Assembly: GCA_963829055.1 (NCBI GenBank)
Contig: CAWHHI010000003.1
Span: forward strand, 518,540 to 582,539
Length of the DNA stretch: 64,000 nt
From: an uncultured Gemmatimonadaceae bacterium
Lineage (GTDB): Bacteria; Gemmatimonadota; Gemmatimonadetes; Gemmatimonadales; Gemmatimonadaceae
Direction of reading: 5' to 3'
Below are positions 9,879-20,323 of this stretch, piece by piece. The notes under the pieces are model-generated. The model was not told the DNA's origin and searched no databases. It worked only from the letters and a program-made list of their open reading frames with translations. Each line of letters begins with the position of its first letter. The stretch's first letter is position 1. Position numbers and translations under genes: made by a program.

Positions 9879-10994
9879 TTAGTCCATCAGCCGCAGGGGC
9901 ATGACCAGGCATAGATATGAAGCAGGATCCGACCATCCTTCTGGCTCAACAGTCGCTGCCCGTTCAGGGGCTTTCAGCGTCATGCGGACTTCGTCAGTTG
10001 GTATGTATCGGAGAATTTCCAACAAATAGTTCGCATTGAATCCGATGTCGATCTGGTCACCGGTGAACCGAATTGGAAGCTCGTCCTGAGCCTCGCCGAG
10101 ATCCGGTGTCTGGACGCTGAACCGCAGTAAGCCGCTGTTGAACGACAGCCGAATGCGATGCGTCTGATCGGATGCGATAACCGACATCCGTTTCAACGCA
10201 CTCACCAGCGCGACTTTATCGCTGATCGCGACTCGATCATTGTCACGCGGGATGACCTGTTCATAGTTTGGATATGGGCCTTCGATCAGTCGCGTGAACA
10301 CCGCGGTGAACGGAGAACGGAACCCCAAGTGGTTATCGCCCTGGGCGATTTCGAGCTCCTCCTCCGCAGGAAAAAGTCGTCGGACTTGCTCGAGTGCCTT
10401 CGGTGGAACGATGAGATCTCCTCCCCCAGGCGCTGTTGCTGAGGTAATTGGGAGATCCATACGAGCGAGTCGGTGGCCGTTCGTCGCAACCATTCGCATA
10501 CGCTCAGGACGTAGCTCCCAGAGCACCCCATTGAGAATCGGCCGGCTTTCCTCGGTGGAGACGGCAAATGCCGTATGAGAGATCAGCTTCTGAAGATCAC
10601 CTGATCGTACACGCCAACTTTCCTGAAATCGAACTTGCGGGAAGGTTGGGAATTCGTCTCGAGGTAGTCCTAATAGCTTGAACTTCGAGCGCCCACATTC
10701 CAGCGTGATACGCTGTTCACCCATAGCCGCGATCTTCACCGGAGCTGGTGGCAGCTCTCTGGCGATCTCGGAGAGTTTCTTTGCCGGGATGGTAATTGCA
10801 CCAGGTGTCTCGACATCTGCGCTGACTTCAGTGCTGACAGCGATATCGAGGTCGGTCCCAGAGAGTCGGATCCCCCGCTCGGTTGTTTCGAGCAGGATAT
10901 TCGCCAAGACGGGAAGCGTGGTCTTTCCGGGAATGCTTGGTCCTACTGCAGCGAGGCCCTCTTGGAGCTTTTCCCTCGAGATGGTAAAGCGCAT
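9879..10994 (-). CDS. dnaN: DNA polymerase III beta sliding clamp
   Basis: MRFTISREKL, LSGTDLD, ESRPILNGV, VATNGHRLA, RLIEGPYPNY, IGFNANYL and LVMPLRL. Confidence 0.98.
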   Translation of the reverse strand: MRFTISREKLQEGLAAVGPSIPGKTTLPVLANILLETTERGIRLSGTDLDIAVSTEVSADVETPGAITIPAKKLSEIARELPPAPVKIAAMGEQRITLECGRSKFKLLGLPRDEFPTFPQVRFQESWRVRSGDLQKLISHTAFAVSTEESRPILNGVLWELRPERMRMVATNGHRLARMDLPITSATAPGGGDLIVPPKALEQVRRLFPAEEELEIAQGDNHLGFRSPFTAVFTRLIEGPYPNYEQVIPRDNDRVAISDKVALVSALKRMSVIASDQTHRIRLSFNSGLLRFSVQTPDLGEAQDELPIRFTGDQIDIGFNANYLLEILRYIPTDEVRMTLKAPERAATVEPEGWSDPASYLCLVMPLRLMD

Positions 10995-11029
10995 TCCTAC
11001 TCCCTGGTGAATTTCACACAATGGTACGA

Positions 11030-11256
11030 ACTGCTAGTTGTAGTAGATCTTAGATAAAGAAAAAAACAGTAGTAACAGCAGAGGGTGTTGATTTGTTGGT
11101 ACTCGACGTAAGCAGCTTTGAAATCGGGTAGTTACCTATTCGAACATCATGTGAATACTCTGTGGAACGGCCAAGTAGTCAACTCCAGACTCCGAGATTC
11201 TTGTTCGAATCAATCAGTTCGGTGTTGATTGCAGTGCAATACGAAGCTTTTCCACA
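11030..11256. other. Replication origin (oriC): AT-rich unwinding element, DnaA-trios and DnaA boxes
   Basis: Lies between dnaA and dnaN. AT-rich tract 11041-11066; trios CAG TAG TAA CAG CAG 11067-11081; AGGG; overlapping boxes TGTTGATTT/TGTTGGTAC 11086-11102; further box-like 9-mers at 11150, 11161, 11223 and 11248. Confidence 0.85.
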
Positions 11257-12606
11257 CGTTCTCGAAACAGCGAATCTTCCTGAAGTAGGTGGGCAGCTCG
11301 TTCCAGACTGTGAATGACCGTCGAGTGATCTCTTCCTCCAAATGCATTGCCGATCTCAACGAGTTGGAGACCAAGTATCTCACGACACAGGTACATTGCC
11401 GCTTGCCGCGGGATGGTAAGAGTCTTTGTCCGAGTTTTCGACTTTAGACCATCTCGATGTGACGCCCCACTCCTGGGCGACGGCCTTTTGTATACCGGCT
11501 GTGGACAGCTTGAGTGTGGCTGTATCCGCTGTTGAATCGAGACCCTTCAGCTTATCGCGAAGTGCTTCTCGAACCAGATCAACAGTAATATCCCGATGTT
11601 TGAGCGACGCGTAGGCGAGCAATTTTATCACTGAGCCTTCCAATTCCCGCACGCTCGATCGGACATTTTCTGCGATAAACCGGATGACAGAATCTGGCAC
11701 CGTCTGTTCGAGGTGATCCATCTGCGATTTGTGCTGTAAAATCGCGATCCGGTGCTCGAGATCCGGGAGCTCAATATCGGCGACCATACCCCACTGGAAC
11801 CGGCTCACCAACCGGGCTTCGATCCCCGGAATATCAGCCGGGGAACGATCGCTGGTCATAATGATCTGACGGCCGGCCTCGTACAGTGCATTGAAGGTGT
11901 GAAAGAACTCTTCCTGGGTGGCTTCCTTTCCCTTCAGGAAGTGAATGTCGTCGACCAGGAGTAAATCACTCTCTCGAAATCGCCGGCGAAAGTCCTGTGT
12001 CGTACGGCCCTGAATAGACGCGATGTACTCATTCGTGAATTGCTCCGTCCCGATGTAGAGCACTCGTACGGCAGCGTTGCGACGCAGGATTTCGTGGGCA
12101 ACCGCCTGCATCAAATGGGTTTTTCCCAAACCCGTCTCGCCATAGATGAAGAGCGGGTTATAGACTTTTCCGGGAGCTTGGGCTACTGCATCGGCTGCTG
12201 CGTACGCCAACTCATTCGATTTGCCAATTACGAAATGATCGAATGTGTACCGCGAGCTTAATGGCGCGGTGCTGTTGTTGGTACCGTTTTGTACTGGCTT
12301 GATGAGCTGTGCCTGAGGCGCGACAAAGAGATCCATCTGAGATCGGCGCTTCCGATCCTCATGGACGCGGAAGACAACACGAAGCGGATGTCCAAGCGCG
12401 ATTGGGGCGAGATTCGCGAGCAGCTCGGAATGTTTCGAGTCATTCCAATCTGCGGCAAACTGATCTGGGGTGCCGACGTATATCGTTTTTCCGTCGAACT
12501 CGAGAGCTTCTGTTGGCTCAAGCCAGGTCTTAAACGTCTGTTCCGAAATCTCTTGGCGAGCTCTGTCAAGGATTCTCGACCAGACTTCCGGGGCTGACAA
12601 GCTCAT
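11214..12606 (-). CDS. dnaA: Chromosomal replication initiator DnaA (one +1 frameshift near 11455, probably an assembly error)
   Basis: YTFDHFVIGKSN, YNPLFIYGETGLGKTHL, LLLVDDI and VRELEG. Domain IV (DGLKSKTRTKTLTIPRQAAMYLCRE...GGRDHSTVIHS) continues in another frame. Confidence 0.96.
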
Positions 12607-12610
12607 GCGA

Positions 12611-12655
12611 TGTTGATAAACTGGGGCGGCGAAGCTACGGGTGCCATGTGGAAAA
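12611..12655 (-). promoter_or_regulatory. DnaA boxes upstream of dnaA (autoregulation or a second oriC part)
   Basis: TTATCAACA (12611-12619) and TTTTCCACA (12647-12655) on the minus strand. Confidence 0.6.
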
Positions 12656-12791
12656 GTCAAATTGCTTGCCCGGCGATTCCGGTGTCTCTGGGCTTGATCT
12701 ATCTCCAATGCCTGAATAGATTTGCGGTTCTTTTCCTGATGTTTTGGTCTCAGTAGCTCGTCATAACAAAAAGAGCAGATTGGAGCTTTAA

Positions 12792-12956
12792 ATGGGTAAG
12801 CCGACGTACCGTCCTCGGAATAAGCGCCGAATCCGCACCCATGGATTCCGAGCTCGTATGGAAACGAAATGGGGTCGCGCGGTTCTCAGTCGGCGGCGCA
12901 AGAAGGGGCGCCAGCGGTTGACCGTCAAGCTTCCGACCAAGTACGCAGCCGCCTAA
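12792..12956 (+). CDS. rpmH: 50S ribosomal protein L34
   Basis: Manual translation [45 protein letters not shown]...; below the ORF track cutoff. Confidence 0.97.
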   Translation: MGKPTYRPRNKRRIRTHGFRARMETKWGRAVLSRRRKKGRQRLTVKLPTKYAAA

Positions 12957-12960
12957 CGGG

Positions 12961-13305
12961 CTTCGATTCCCGCGCGGCCAGCGGATAACGCGGGGCGCTG
13001 ACCTTCAGCGTGCCGCAATAAAGGGGAAGCGCTTTCGGACCAAACATCTCGAGGTCCGAATTCTCGCTTCCCCTCTGCCTCATCCGCGGGTTGGGTTCAT
13101 CGTGCCCAAGTTCGGGCATTCTTCCGTCGAACGAAATCGACTCAAACGTCAGCTTCGCGAGATCGTTCGAACGCGCATACTGGGAAACCTTCCCGCACTC
13201 GATGTCGTGATTCGTATACGACCGAGTACCTACCACACGCAATTCTCGGTGCTCGTCGACGAACTGGGCGAAAGCGCCAGAGTTGCTCGGGAGTATGCTC
13301 CGTGA
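12961..13305 (+). CDS. rnpA: Ribonuclease P protein component (start codon unclear)
   Basis: [16 protein letters not shown]...[26 protein letters not shown] (RNR motif); syntenic between rpmH and yidD. Confidence 0.92.
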   Translation, partial: LRFPRGQRITRGADLQRAAIKGKRFRTKHLEVRILASPLPHPRVGFIVPKFGHSSVERNRLKRQLREIVRTRILGNLPALDVVIRIRPSTYHTQFSVLVDELGESARVAREYAP

Positions 13306-13517
13306 TCGCCAAGCGGATCCTCGTAGCAGGGGTTCGATTCTATCAGCTGGCGCTCTCGCCGCTACTGCCGGCGTCATGCCGCTACTTTCCAACTTGCTCA
13401 GCCTATTCAATCGAGGCGCTGGAACGACACGGTGCTCTTCGAGGAACATGGCTGACGATCCGTCGTATCGCGCGGTGCCATCCCCTTCACGCTGGTGGCT
13501 ATGATCCGGTCCCGTAA
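13302..13517 (+). CDS. yidD: Membrane protein insertion efficiency factor
   Basis: [22 protein letters not shown]...[17 protein letters not shown]. Confidence 0.96.
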   Translation: MIAKRILVAGVRFYQLALSPLLPASCRYFPTCSAYSIEALERHGALRGTWLTIRRIARCHPLHAGGYDPVP

Positions 13518-13546
13518 CCTCGGTTTCGTGATCAGGCCTGGACGCA

Positions 13547-15253
13547 ATGGACAAACGGTTTCTACTCGCACTCATACTGACGGCGGTGGTGGTCATTGCA
13601 ACGCCGTGGCTCTTTGGAACACAGTCGTCGCTCACCAATACCAAGACCGGCACTGGCGTCCCGAAAGCTGACTCCAGCAATCGCGCCGGCTCAATTCCGA
13701 CAGCGGTTCCCGTAGAGCGGGACACATCCAGACCAGCGGTGGCGAGTACGCCTGCTGCTGAGAATGTGCCTGCTACATCCACTGCCGCCGTCCCGGAGAC
13801 GACGGTCGTCTCCACGCCCTTGGCCAACTACCGATTCAGCAGTCTGGGAGCGATGCCGCTCTCGGTCGAACTGAAATCGTACAAGGCGCTGGACGGCTCA
13901 AAGCAGAATGTCCGCCTGGGAAGCGCGTCGAACCATCTCCTGGCGTACCGATTGTTTCTGCCAGGTGACACCATCGCGCTGAGCACAGTGCCGTTCAGTG
14001 TGGAGCAATCGCGTTCCGCAACGGGCTCGGATGTGCTGACGTACCGAGCCGCTATTGCCGGAGCGGCACTGACGATTCGTTATGCATTTGCTCCCGACAG
14101 TTACCTCGTACGAATCTCTGGCGAGGTGCAGCATCCATCGGCGCCGAATGGCTTTCTTGCCATCGAGATGCCGTCGAATCTGCATTCGTCTGAAGCCGAT
14201 TCACTCGACGATCAACAGCACCTGGCGTACGCGGTCAAACCGCAACGTGAGAACGCCCGAGGAATTCCGTTCAGCAAGCTCGATCCCGGCGAGCGTCGTC
14301 TGGAGTCCGGACCGATCACGTGGGTTGCCGCGAAAAACAAATACTTCATTGTCGGACTCCTGACTCCAAATGGGGGAGTTCCGTTTGCAGAAGTCGGTGT
14401 TACCGGTGGTCCTCGAACGGGTAAACGCGCGACACGCGCCGCAGCTCTCGCGGTCGAGCCCCTTCGAAACGGCGCATTCGCCTTCGAGCTCTACACAGGA
14501 CCGCAGGAGTGGCGTCGGCTCCTAGCCATCGGTCGCGATTTCGAGAACTCGAATCCGTATGGCGGTTTCTTGCAGGGCGTCGTGCAGCCATTCGCGACGA
14601 TCGTCATGCGCATCCTGCTCTGGATGCGAGCAACCCTGAACCTGAGTTATGGGTGGGTGCTCGTGACGTTCGGAGTTGCCGTTAGGCTCCTGCTCTGGCC
14701 GCTGAATCAGAAAGCGATGCGGACGAGCATGAAGATGAGTCGTGTGCAGCCGGAACTCGCGGAAATTCAGAAGCGCTACAAGTCGGATCCGCAGCGTATG
14801 CAGTCAGAGATCATGCGCGTGTACAAGGAGCACGGAATGAGTCCGTTCAGCTCGCTGTCCGGATGTCTACCGATGCTGCTCCCGATGCCGATTTTGTTCG
14901 CGCTGTTCTTCGTATTTCAAAACACGATCGAATTTCGTGGCGTGCCGTTCTTATGGCTTGCCGATATCTCGCTGAAGGATCCGTTCTACATCGTGCCCAT
15001 TCTCATGGGCGTGTCGATGTTCGCGCTATCGATCATCGGCATGCGTAACTCGCCGCCGAATCCACAGGCGAAGATGATGGCGTACGTGCTGCCAGTGATG
15101 ATGACCGTGTTCTTCTTCAACCTCGCGTCAGGGCTCAACCTCTACTACGCCGTCCAGAATCTCACTGCGATTCCACAGCAGTGGCTGATCTCGAACGAGC
15201 GCGGGAAGAACGCCAGCAAGAATGTGGGAGCACCAGCAGCCGTGCGGACGTAG
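13547..15253 (+). CDS. yidC: Membrane protein insertase
   Basis: N-terminal TM, periplasmic domain, VRLLLWPL, GCLPMLLPMPI, FLWLADISLKDP and SGLNLYY. Confidence 0.97.
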   Translation: MDKRFLLALILTAVVVIATPWLFGTQSSLTNTKTGTGVPKADSSNRAGSIPTAVPVERDTSRPAVASTPAAENVPATSTAAVPETTVVSTPLANYRFSSLGAMPLSVELKSYKALDGSKQNVRLGSASNHLLAYRLFLPGDTIALSTVPFSVEQSRSATGSDVLTYRAAIAGAALTIRYAFAPDSYLVRISGEVQHPSAPNGFLAIEMPSNLHSSEADSLDDQQHLAYAVKPQRENARGIPFSKLDPGERRLESGPITWVAAKNKYFIVGLLTPNGGVPFAEVGVTGGPRTGKRATRAAALAVEPLRNGAFAFELYTGPQEWRRLLAIGRDFENSNPYGGFLQGVVQPFATIVMRILLWMRATLNLSYGWVLVTFGVAVRLLLWPLNQKAMRTSMKMSRVQPELAEIQKRYKSDPQRMQSEIMRVYKEHGMSPFSSLSGCLPMLLPMPILFALFFVFQNTIEFRGVPFLWLADISLKDPFYIVPILMGVSMFALSIIGMRNSPPNPQAKMMAYVLPVMMTVFFFNLASGLNLYYAVQNLTAIPQQWLISNERGKNASKNVGAPAAVRT

Positions 15254-15310
15254 TACAACATTGTTGCTCCGTCCGGCCGCTGGTGTCAGACCTGCAAGGG
15301 AAGAGAGTCG

Positions 15311-16126
15311 ATGCGGATTACATACATCGGCCACGCGACTCTTCTGATCGAACTCGGTGAGCGACGATTCCTCACCGATCCCAACTTCGACGACACCCTT
15401 GGGCGCTTCCTCCCAAGGGTCAGCAAGCCAGGCATCGCGCTGTCCGAGTTGCCCGAGCTCGATGGGATCCTGCTGACGCATGCGCATGCGGATCACCTGT
15501 CGTTTCGATCGCTGGCCAAACTGCCGCGCAATATTCCGCTCTTCGCCCCGCCGGCGGTCGCCACCTGGCTGATTCGGCTCGGATACTCCCACGCCCGCCC
15601 GCTGCCCGCTGACGGACAGGTCGGTGTCGGTGATGTGGTCATTCACGCTGCAGCGGCAACACACGAAGGCAGTCGCTATTCGGTCGACAGATGGCGAAGT
15701 GCCGCGAACATGTATCTGCTGGATGCGGGCGCGGAAACCTGTTTCTTCGCTGGCGACACCGGCCTAATGCCGGATACGGATCGCGTCGTGCGCGAGATCA
15801 TCCACGACACCGGCCGTGAGCTCGACGTCGCACTGCTGCCGATCGGATATGCACCGTGGTGGAAACCCGGATTTCGACGCGGACACCTGAGCGCCGCCGA
15901 CGCGCTGCAGCTGTTCGACCGACTGCGGGCGCGTTACTTCATCCCGTACCACTGGGGTACGTTCAACCACGTGACATCTGGGGCGTACGACGCGATCAAT
16001 AGATTGAAGTCACTACTACCCGCGTACCGCCGGCGCACGGATGTTCGCATCCTGGAACCTGGCAATGTCCTCGAGCACCGCCCCGTCCAGGCAAACGAAC
16101 AGCGTGCGAATACCGCTCCCGGGTGA
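15311..16126 (+). CDS. Metallo-beta-lactamase fold hydrolase
   Basis: YIGHAT, LTDP, THAHADH, FAGDT, LLPIG and PYHWGTF. Confidence 0.9.
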   Translation: MRITYIGHATLLIELGERRFLTDPNFDDTLGRFLPRVSKPGIALSELPELDGILLTHAHADHLSFRSLAKLPRNIPLFAPPAVATWLIRLGYSHARPLPADGQVGVGDVVIHAAAATHEGSRYSVDRWRSAANMYLLDAGAETCFFAGDTGLMPDTDRVVREIIHDTGRELDVALLPIGYAPWWKPGFRRGHLSAADALQLFDRLRARYFIPYHWGTFNHVTSGAYDAINRLKSLLPAYRRRTDVRILEPGNVLEHRPVQANEQRANTAPG

Positions 16127-17480
16127 AGACGAAACGATCGTCGCTCTATCGACAGCTCCCGGGCGGAGTGCGATTGCGGTCGTTCGTCTCTCCGGTGCTG
16201 CAGCGTTTGCCGTCGCGGAGAGAATCGTCCATCCATGGCCACTGGAGCCGCGACGTGCGGTGCTGTGCCGTGTTTCGGACGCGGCCGACAAGACGCTGAT
16301 CGATCATGCTGTCGTCTCGTCTTTTCCGGCACCACGGTCATACACAGGCGAGGATGTCGTCGAATTCTCGAGCCATGGCGGACACGCTGTCCCCGATGCG
16401 CTCATAGGAGCACTCCTCCGTGCGGGGGCGCGGGAAGCACATCCGGGTGAGTTCACGAGACGTGCGCTGCTCAACGGCAAGCTCGATCTCGTGCAAGCCG
16501 AAGCGATCGGTGATCTGATCGACGCGTCTTCGGAAAGCATGCGCCGACTGGTGTTACACCAGTTGGATGGCGGGCTCTCTCGTCAGATTTCAGAAGTACG
16601 GAGTCGTCTCCTCGACCTCGAAGCGCTGCTCGCGTACGACATCGACTTTCCCGACGAAGACCACGGGCCGCTCAACCGCACGAGAATCAGCGACGCTGCA
16701 GATGCCGTGCGGACGGCGTTGAGACTTCTGCTCGATACAGCTCCCGCTACGGAACTCGTGCGAGACGGAGCCATTGTCGTGATCGCCGGCCGACCCAACG
16801 TTGGGAAATCATCACTGTTCAACGCGATAGTGGGCGAGATGCGCGCGATCGTCACCGATATTCCGGGCACGACGCGAGACGCCATCGAAAGCCGAGTGCA
16901 GCTGAACGATTGGCCGGTTCGCCTCGTGGACACGGCGGGTCTGCGAGTAACAGACGAGCTCGTAGAGCGACTCGGCATCGAAGTCAGTGAGCGTTACCTC
17001 GCGAGTGCGCACGCTGTGATCGCCTGCGACGACAACGCCGAGCTTCTCCGTCAAACCGTCGCGTCGGTTCAGACACTCTCCTCGGCGCCCGTGGTTCCCG
17101 TGCTCACCAAGTCTGATCGAGATGCTGGTTCAGCAAGCGCAGCAGTGGGCGGCGGACACCAGCCGGTCCGTGTCAGCGCTCACACGCGAGACGGAATTCA
17201 ACCGCTCGCGTCGCGGATCGACGCGCTCTTGAGTGACCGCTACGGAACCATCCCAACGACGCGGCCCGCGCTGACGCGTGCGCGGCAGCGCATTGCAGTC
17301 GAGCGAGCGCTGAACGAGCTCGACGCATTTCGCGAACACTGGATAAGCGAGGCACTGCCCGCATCGGTGGCCGCCGTGCACATCAGAGCGGCTGTGTCCG
17401 CGCTCGACGAGCTCATCGGCGCAGTGGATGTCGATGACGTACTGGGCCGCTTATTCGCGACGTTCTGCATTGGGAAATAA
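16065..17480 (+). CDS. mnmE: tRNA modification GTPase
   Basis: [45 protein letters not shown] and C-terminal FCIGK. Confidence 0.97.
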   Translation: MSSSTAPSRQTNSVRIPLPGEDETIVALSTAPGRSAIAVVRLSGAAAFAVAERIVHPWPLEPRRAVLCRVSDAADKTLIDHAVVSSFPAPRSYTGEDVVEFSSHGGHAVPDALIGALLRAGAREAHPGEFTRRALLNGKLDLVQAEAIGDLIDASSESMRRLVLHQLDGGLSRQISEVRSRLLDLEALLAYDIDFPDEDHGPLNRTRISDAADAVRTALRLLLDTAPATELVRDGAIVVIAGRPNVGKSSLFNAIVGEMRAIVTDIPGTTRDAIESRVQLNDWPVRLVDTAGLRVTDELVERLGIEVSERYLASAHAVIACDDNAELLRQTVASVQTLSSAPVVPVLTKSDRDAGSASAAVGGGHQPVRVSAHTRDGIQPLASRIDALLSDRYGTIPTTRPALTRARQRIAVERALNELDAFREHWISEALPASVAAVHIRAAVSALDELIGAVDVDDVLGRLFATFCIGK

Positions 17481-17540
17481 CCGCGTCGCCGTGACGCTCT
17501 GTGCTGACTTGCCTCGAGCTTCGCGCGCTCGGGTCTCTCG

Positions 17541-18479
17541 TTATGCAGTCGCCGCCGCCGCTTCCGCGATCGCGAAAATCTCAGACGCGCTTGCCCTCAC
17601 GGCCCAGTCTGCCCCGCGCGTGGAGAACGCGGCCTCGGTCATGCGCGCGCCAAGGTAGTAGCCGCTACGCTCGGGCATGACGTAACGGTCGATCGTTCGC
17701 GCTTCGTCGCTCATTCCGCCGGAGAGGTAACGAAGCCGTAGTCCGAGTCCTGCGCGGTCGAGATCTTCGGACGCTGCGCGGGCAATAACCGGCTCGAGCT
17801 CGCGAATACGCGCGTACTGGCGGCGGCCGTAGCCGTAGTACTCCCACACGGCGTGTCCTGGACTGATCGCGCGCGATGTCTGGACAGCGAGTCCTTCGTT
17901 GATGAGGAGCTCGCGCAGACTCGCCCGACGGCCCGTCTCCCAGTAGGAGTAATAGCCGTTCGCCTCGTCTACGAGGCGTCGAATTTCACTCCGACTCTTT
18001 GGCGACGTGTAGCGCACTGCGTGCGTGATCTCGTGTGCCAGCCAGAGCGGAATCAGTTCCGGCTCCAGCCCCAGTCCCTGAGTCTCCGGGTTCGCTACGC
18101 TGGTGAAATGTTCGAGGCACACGAACGCAGTGCCTCGCCCGTCGACGACGAGCTCACCCGCGTTTGCCGCACCGACGCCCACCATGAGGACGACATCGAT
18201 ATCGGCATCGTACTCGAGCAGAGCACCACATTGTGCTTCGGTCGAGCGGGCGAGTGATACCACATCGGTTCGCTCGAGCATGGCGCGCAGATCTGAACGA
18301 TCGGCAAGCGCTGCCAGTTGTACCACGTCTCGAAAGTGGGGACCGTCGGGATCGAGAACGTAGTTGTGCCAGTAGGCTTCGAGCAGACGCCGATGAGTTT
18401 CGAAATAGCGGTGGTAGGCAGCGACGCGATCAGTGCTATTGAGGACAGCAAAGAAATCAGGTAGCAGATTGATCAGCAT
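17541..18479 (-). CDS. Putative Zn-dependent protease (DUF2268-like)
   Basis: HEITH followed by LINEGLA (gluzincin HExxH + E); C-terminal GYYLG. Confidence 0.65.
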   Translation of the reverse strand: MLINLLPDFFAVLNSTDRVAAYHRYFETHRRLLEAYWHNYVLDPDGPHFRDVVQLAALADRSDLRAMLERTDVVSLARSTEAQCGALLEYDADIDVVLMVGVGAANAGELVVDGRGTAFVCLEHFTSVANPETQGLGLEPELIPLWLAHEITHAVRYTSPKSRSEIRRLVDEANGYYSYWETGRRASLRELLINEGLAVQTSRAISPGHAVWEYYGYGRRQYARIRELEPVIARAASEDLDRAGLGLRLRYLSGGMSDEARTIDRYVMPERSGYYLGARMTEAAFSTRGADWAVRASASEIFAIAEAAAATA

Positions 18480-18665
18480 CTCAGCCTGAGCGCGGGGAGC
18501 GGCGCGATCCTTCCGGCGTCACGGCGGGCAAGATAGTGATGCCGGCTAACACGAACAAGAGAGAGCACCGCGGCAACATGGCACAAATATTTCCTACCCT
18601 TGCTGGTGCGTTTACGCGTCAGGCAGAAAAGAGATCGAAGAAAGGTGCAGTCGAGGTGCAACGCG

Positions 18666-19319
18666 ATGACAACGTTACAGCAGATCGAACTTCACTGCCC
18701 GATATGTGACTCGACGTTCCGCTCGCAGGCGGTGGTGTCGACGAACTCGTTCGGCGGCAAGCGAACGGACTTTCACGAACGCGCAGCAGGCACGCAGCCG
18801 CTGCCCTATCTCGTTCACACGTGCAGCCGTTGCGGGTACTCCGGAGCGGAGCGCGATTTCAGCGAGGAGGCGGAAGTCACGCCGATGCTTCGCGAGCACG
18901 TGTGGAACGAGCTGACACCGCGCCTTCCGACCGAAGCACTTTCGGGTTCCGAGAAGTACGAGCTCGCAGCGAAGATCGCTGAATGGCAGTCGATGGAGCC
19001 ACGTCACATTGCCGATCTGCTGCTTCGTGCTGCGTGGTGCTGCGTGGACGAATCGGATCTCGAGGCCGAGCGATATTTCCGTCGAAAGGCTGCGTGGATG
19101 TTGGAACGCGCGCTCGACAGCTACGACGGCGTGTCCACGGAAGAGCGTGCCGTGCTGACGTATCTCGTCGGCGAACTATGGCGCCGTGTTGGCGACGTGA
19201 CGCTCGCGACCGCGTGGTTCAACCGCGTGCCACCAGAGATTTCAGACGCGCAAACGCAGCAATGGATACTCGACGCGGCGCGACAGCAGCGCGATTGCCC
19301 GCGGGAGTGGTTCGGATAA
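18666..19319 (+). CDS. DUF2225-like protein (Zn ribbon + TPR-like helices)
   Basis: CPICD and CSRCGY; LLRAAWC; YLVGELWRRVG. Confidence 0.75.
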   Translation: MTTLQQIELHCPICDSTFRSQAVVSTNSFGGKRTDFHERAAGTQPLPYLVHTCSRCGYSGAERDFSEEAEVTPMLREHVWNELTPRLPTEALSGSEKYELAAKIAEWQSMEPRHIADLLLRAAWCCVDESDLEAERYFRRKAAWMLERALDSYDGVSTEERAVLTYLVGELWRRVGDVTLATAWFNRVPPEISDAQTQQWILDAARQQRDCPREWFG

Positions 19320-19339
19320 CGACGTTGCTGGTGTGGCGA

Positions 19340-19987
19340 CTACCGCGTACCGAATAGTCGGTCGCCGGCGTCGCCGAGTCCGGGCAGGATATAGCCCTGT
19401 GCGTTGAGCTCACGATCGAGCGCGGCGCAGTAGATCTGTACGTCTGGATGTGCTGCGCCGAGACGTCGTACGCCTTCCGGGGCGGCGACGAGACACAGGA
19501 ACCGGATGCGTGCACTGCCGGCGCGCTTCAGTGAGCTGACCGCGGATACTGCGCTGCCGCCCGTCGCGAGCATTGGATCGAGCACGAAGAAATCCCGCTC
19601 GGCCGCGTCGCTCGGCACTTTGAAGTAGTAGTCGACGGGTTCCAGCGTGTCGTGATCGCGGTACAGGCCCACGTGCCCGACGCGTGCCGATGGGACGAGT
19701 CGAAGAATGCCTTCTACCATCCCGAGGCCCGCGCGCAGGATCGGAACGAGTGTGAGCTTCTTTCCGCTCACCTGATAACCCGTGGCCTGTTCGAGTGGCG
19801 TCTGCACTGTCACCGGGTCGAGTGACAACTCGGCGGTCGCCTCGTAGGCCATCAACATCGCGATCTCGTCGACGAGCTCCTTGAAGATCTTCGTCGGTGT
19901 CCGCCGATCGCGCAGCAATGTGATCTTGTGCTGCACGAGCGGATGACGCACCAGCGTCAAGTTCGCGAACGGAGGGGTGGTGGCCAT
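19340..19987 (-). CDS. upp: Uracil phosphoribosyltransferase
   Basis: [26 protein letters not shown] and [16 protein letters not shown]. Confidence 0.97.
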   Translation of the reverse strand: MATTPPFANLTLVRHPLVQHKITLLRDRRTPTKIFKELVDEIAMLMAYEATAELSLDPVTVQTPLEQATGYQVSGKKLTLVPILRAGLGMVEGILRLVPSARVGHVGLYRDHDTLEPVDYYFKVPSDAAERDFFVLDPMLATGGSAVSAVSSLKRAGSARIRFLCLVAAPEGVRRLGAAHPDVQIYCAALDRELNAQGYILPGLGDAGDRLFGTR

Positions 19988-20014
19988 GGGCGGGAAGCTA
20001 CTATCTTCGCGCCC

Positions 20015-20194
20015 ATGAAAGAATACCAGGCGGTCATCCACCGACTGACCCGACACACGCGTGAAGATGAGGATGCGCTCACCGATCTACTCAACGAGCG
20101 GATGCGCGGTGGTTGGGAGCCCACGATGATGTCACAGGACGAGCAGCGCCTCACCATCATTTTTCAGCGCGAGACAGACACCGAACGATCCTGA
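20015..20194 (+). CDS. Small hypothetical protein (DUF4177-like), 59 aa
   Basis: MKEYQAV...[10 protein letters not shown]...IIFQR pattern. Confidence 0.65.
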   Translation: MKEYQAVIHRLTRHTREDEDALTDLLNERMRGGWEPTMMSQDEQRLTIIFQRETDTERS

Positions 20195-20323
20195 TCGCCT
20201 TTGCAGAACAGCTCGGACGTGCTTCACACACGCCACATGCGTTTCTGCGATGAAGACTGCCGCGAGGGCAAAGCGCACAGGGCGCACCCTAACGCGAACC
20301 AGGTCACCATCACCGAGTGAATC

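Noticed and set aside
11214..12606. dnaA (and ddl) as true pseudogenes or programmed frameshifts
   Set aside because: Both are essential genes with otherwise intact motifs, and dnaA has no slippery site; assembly error is more parsimonious.
12925..13827. 300-aa minus-strand ORF
   Set aside because: Antisense shadow of rnpA/yidD/yidC with no recognisable motifs.
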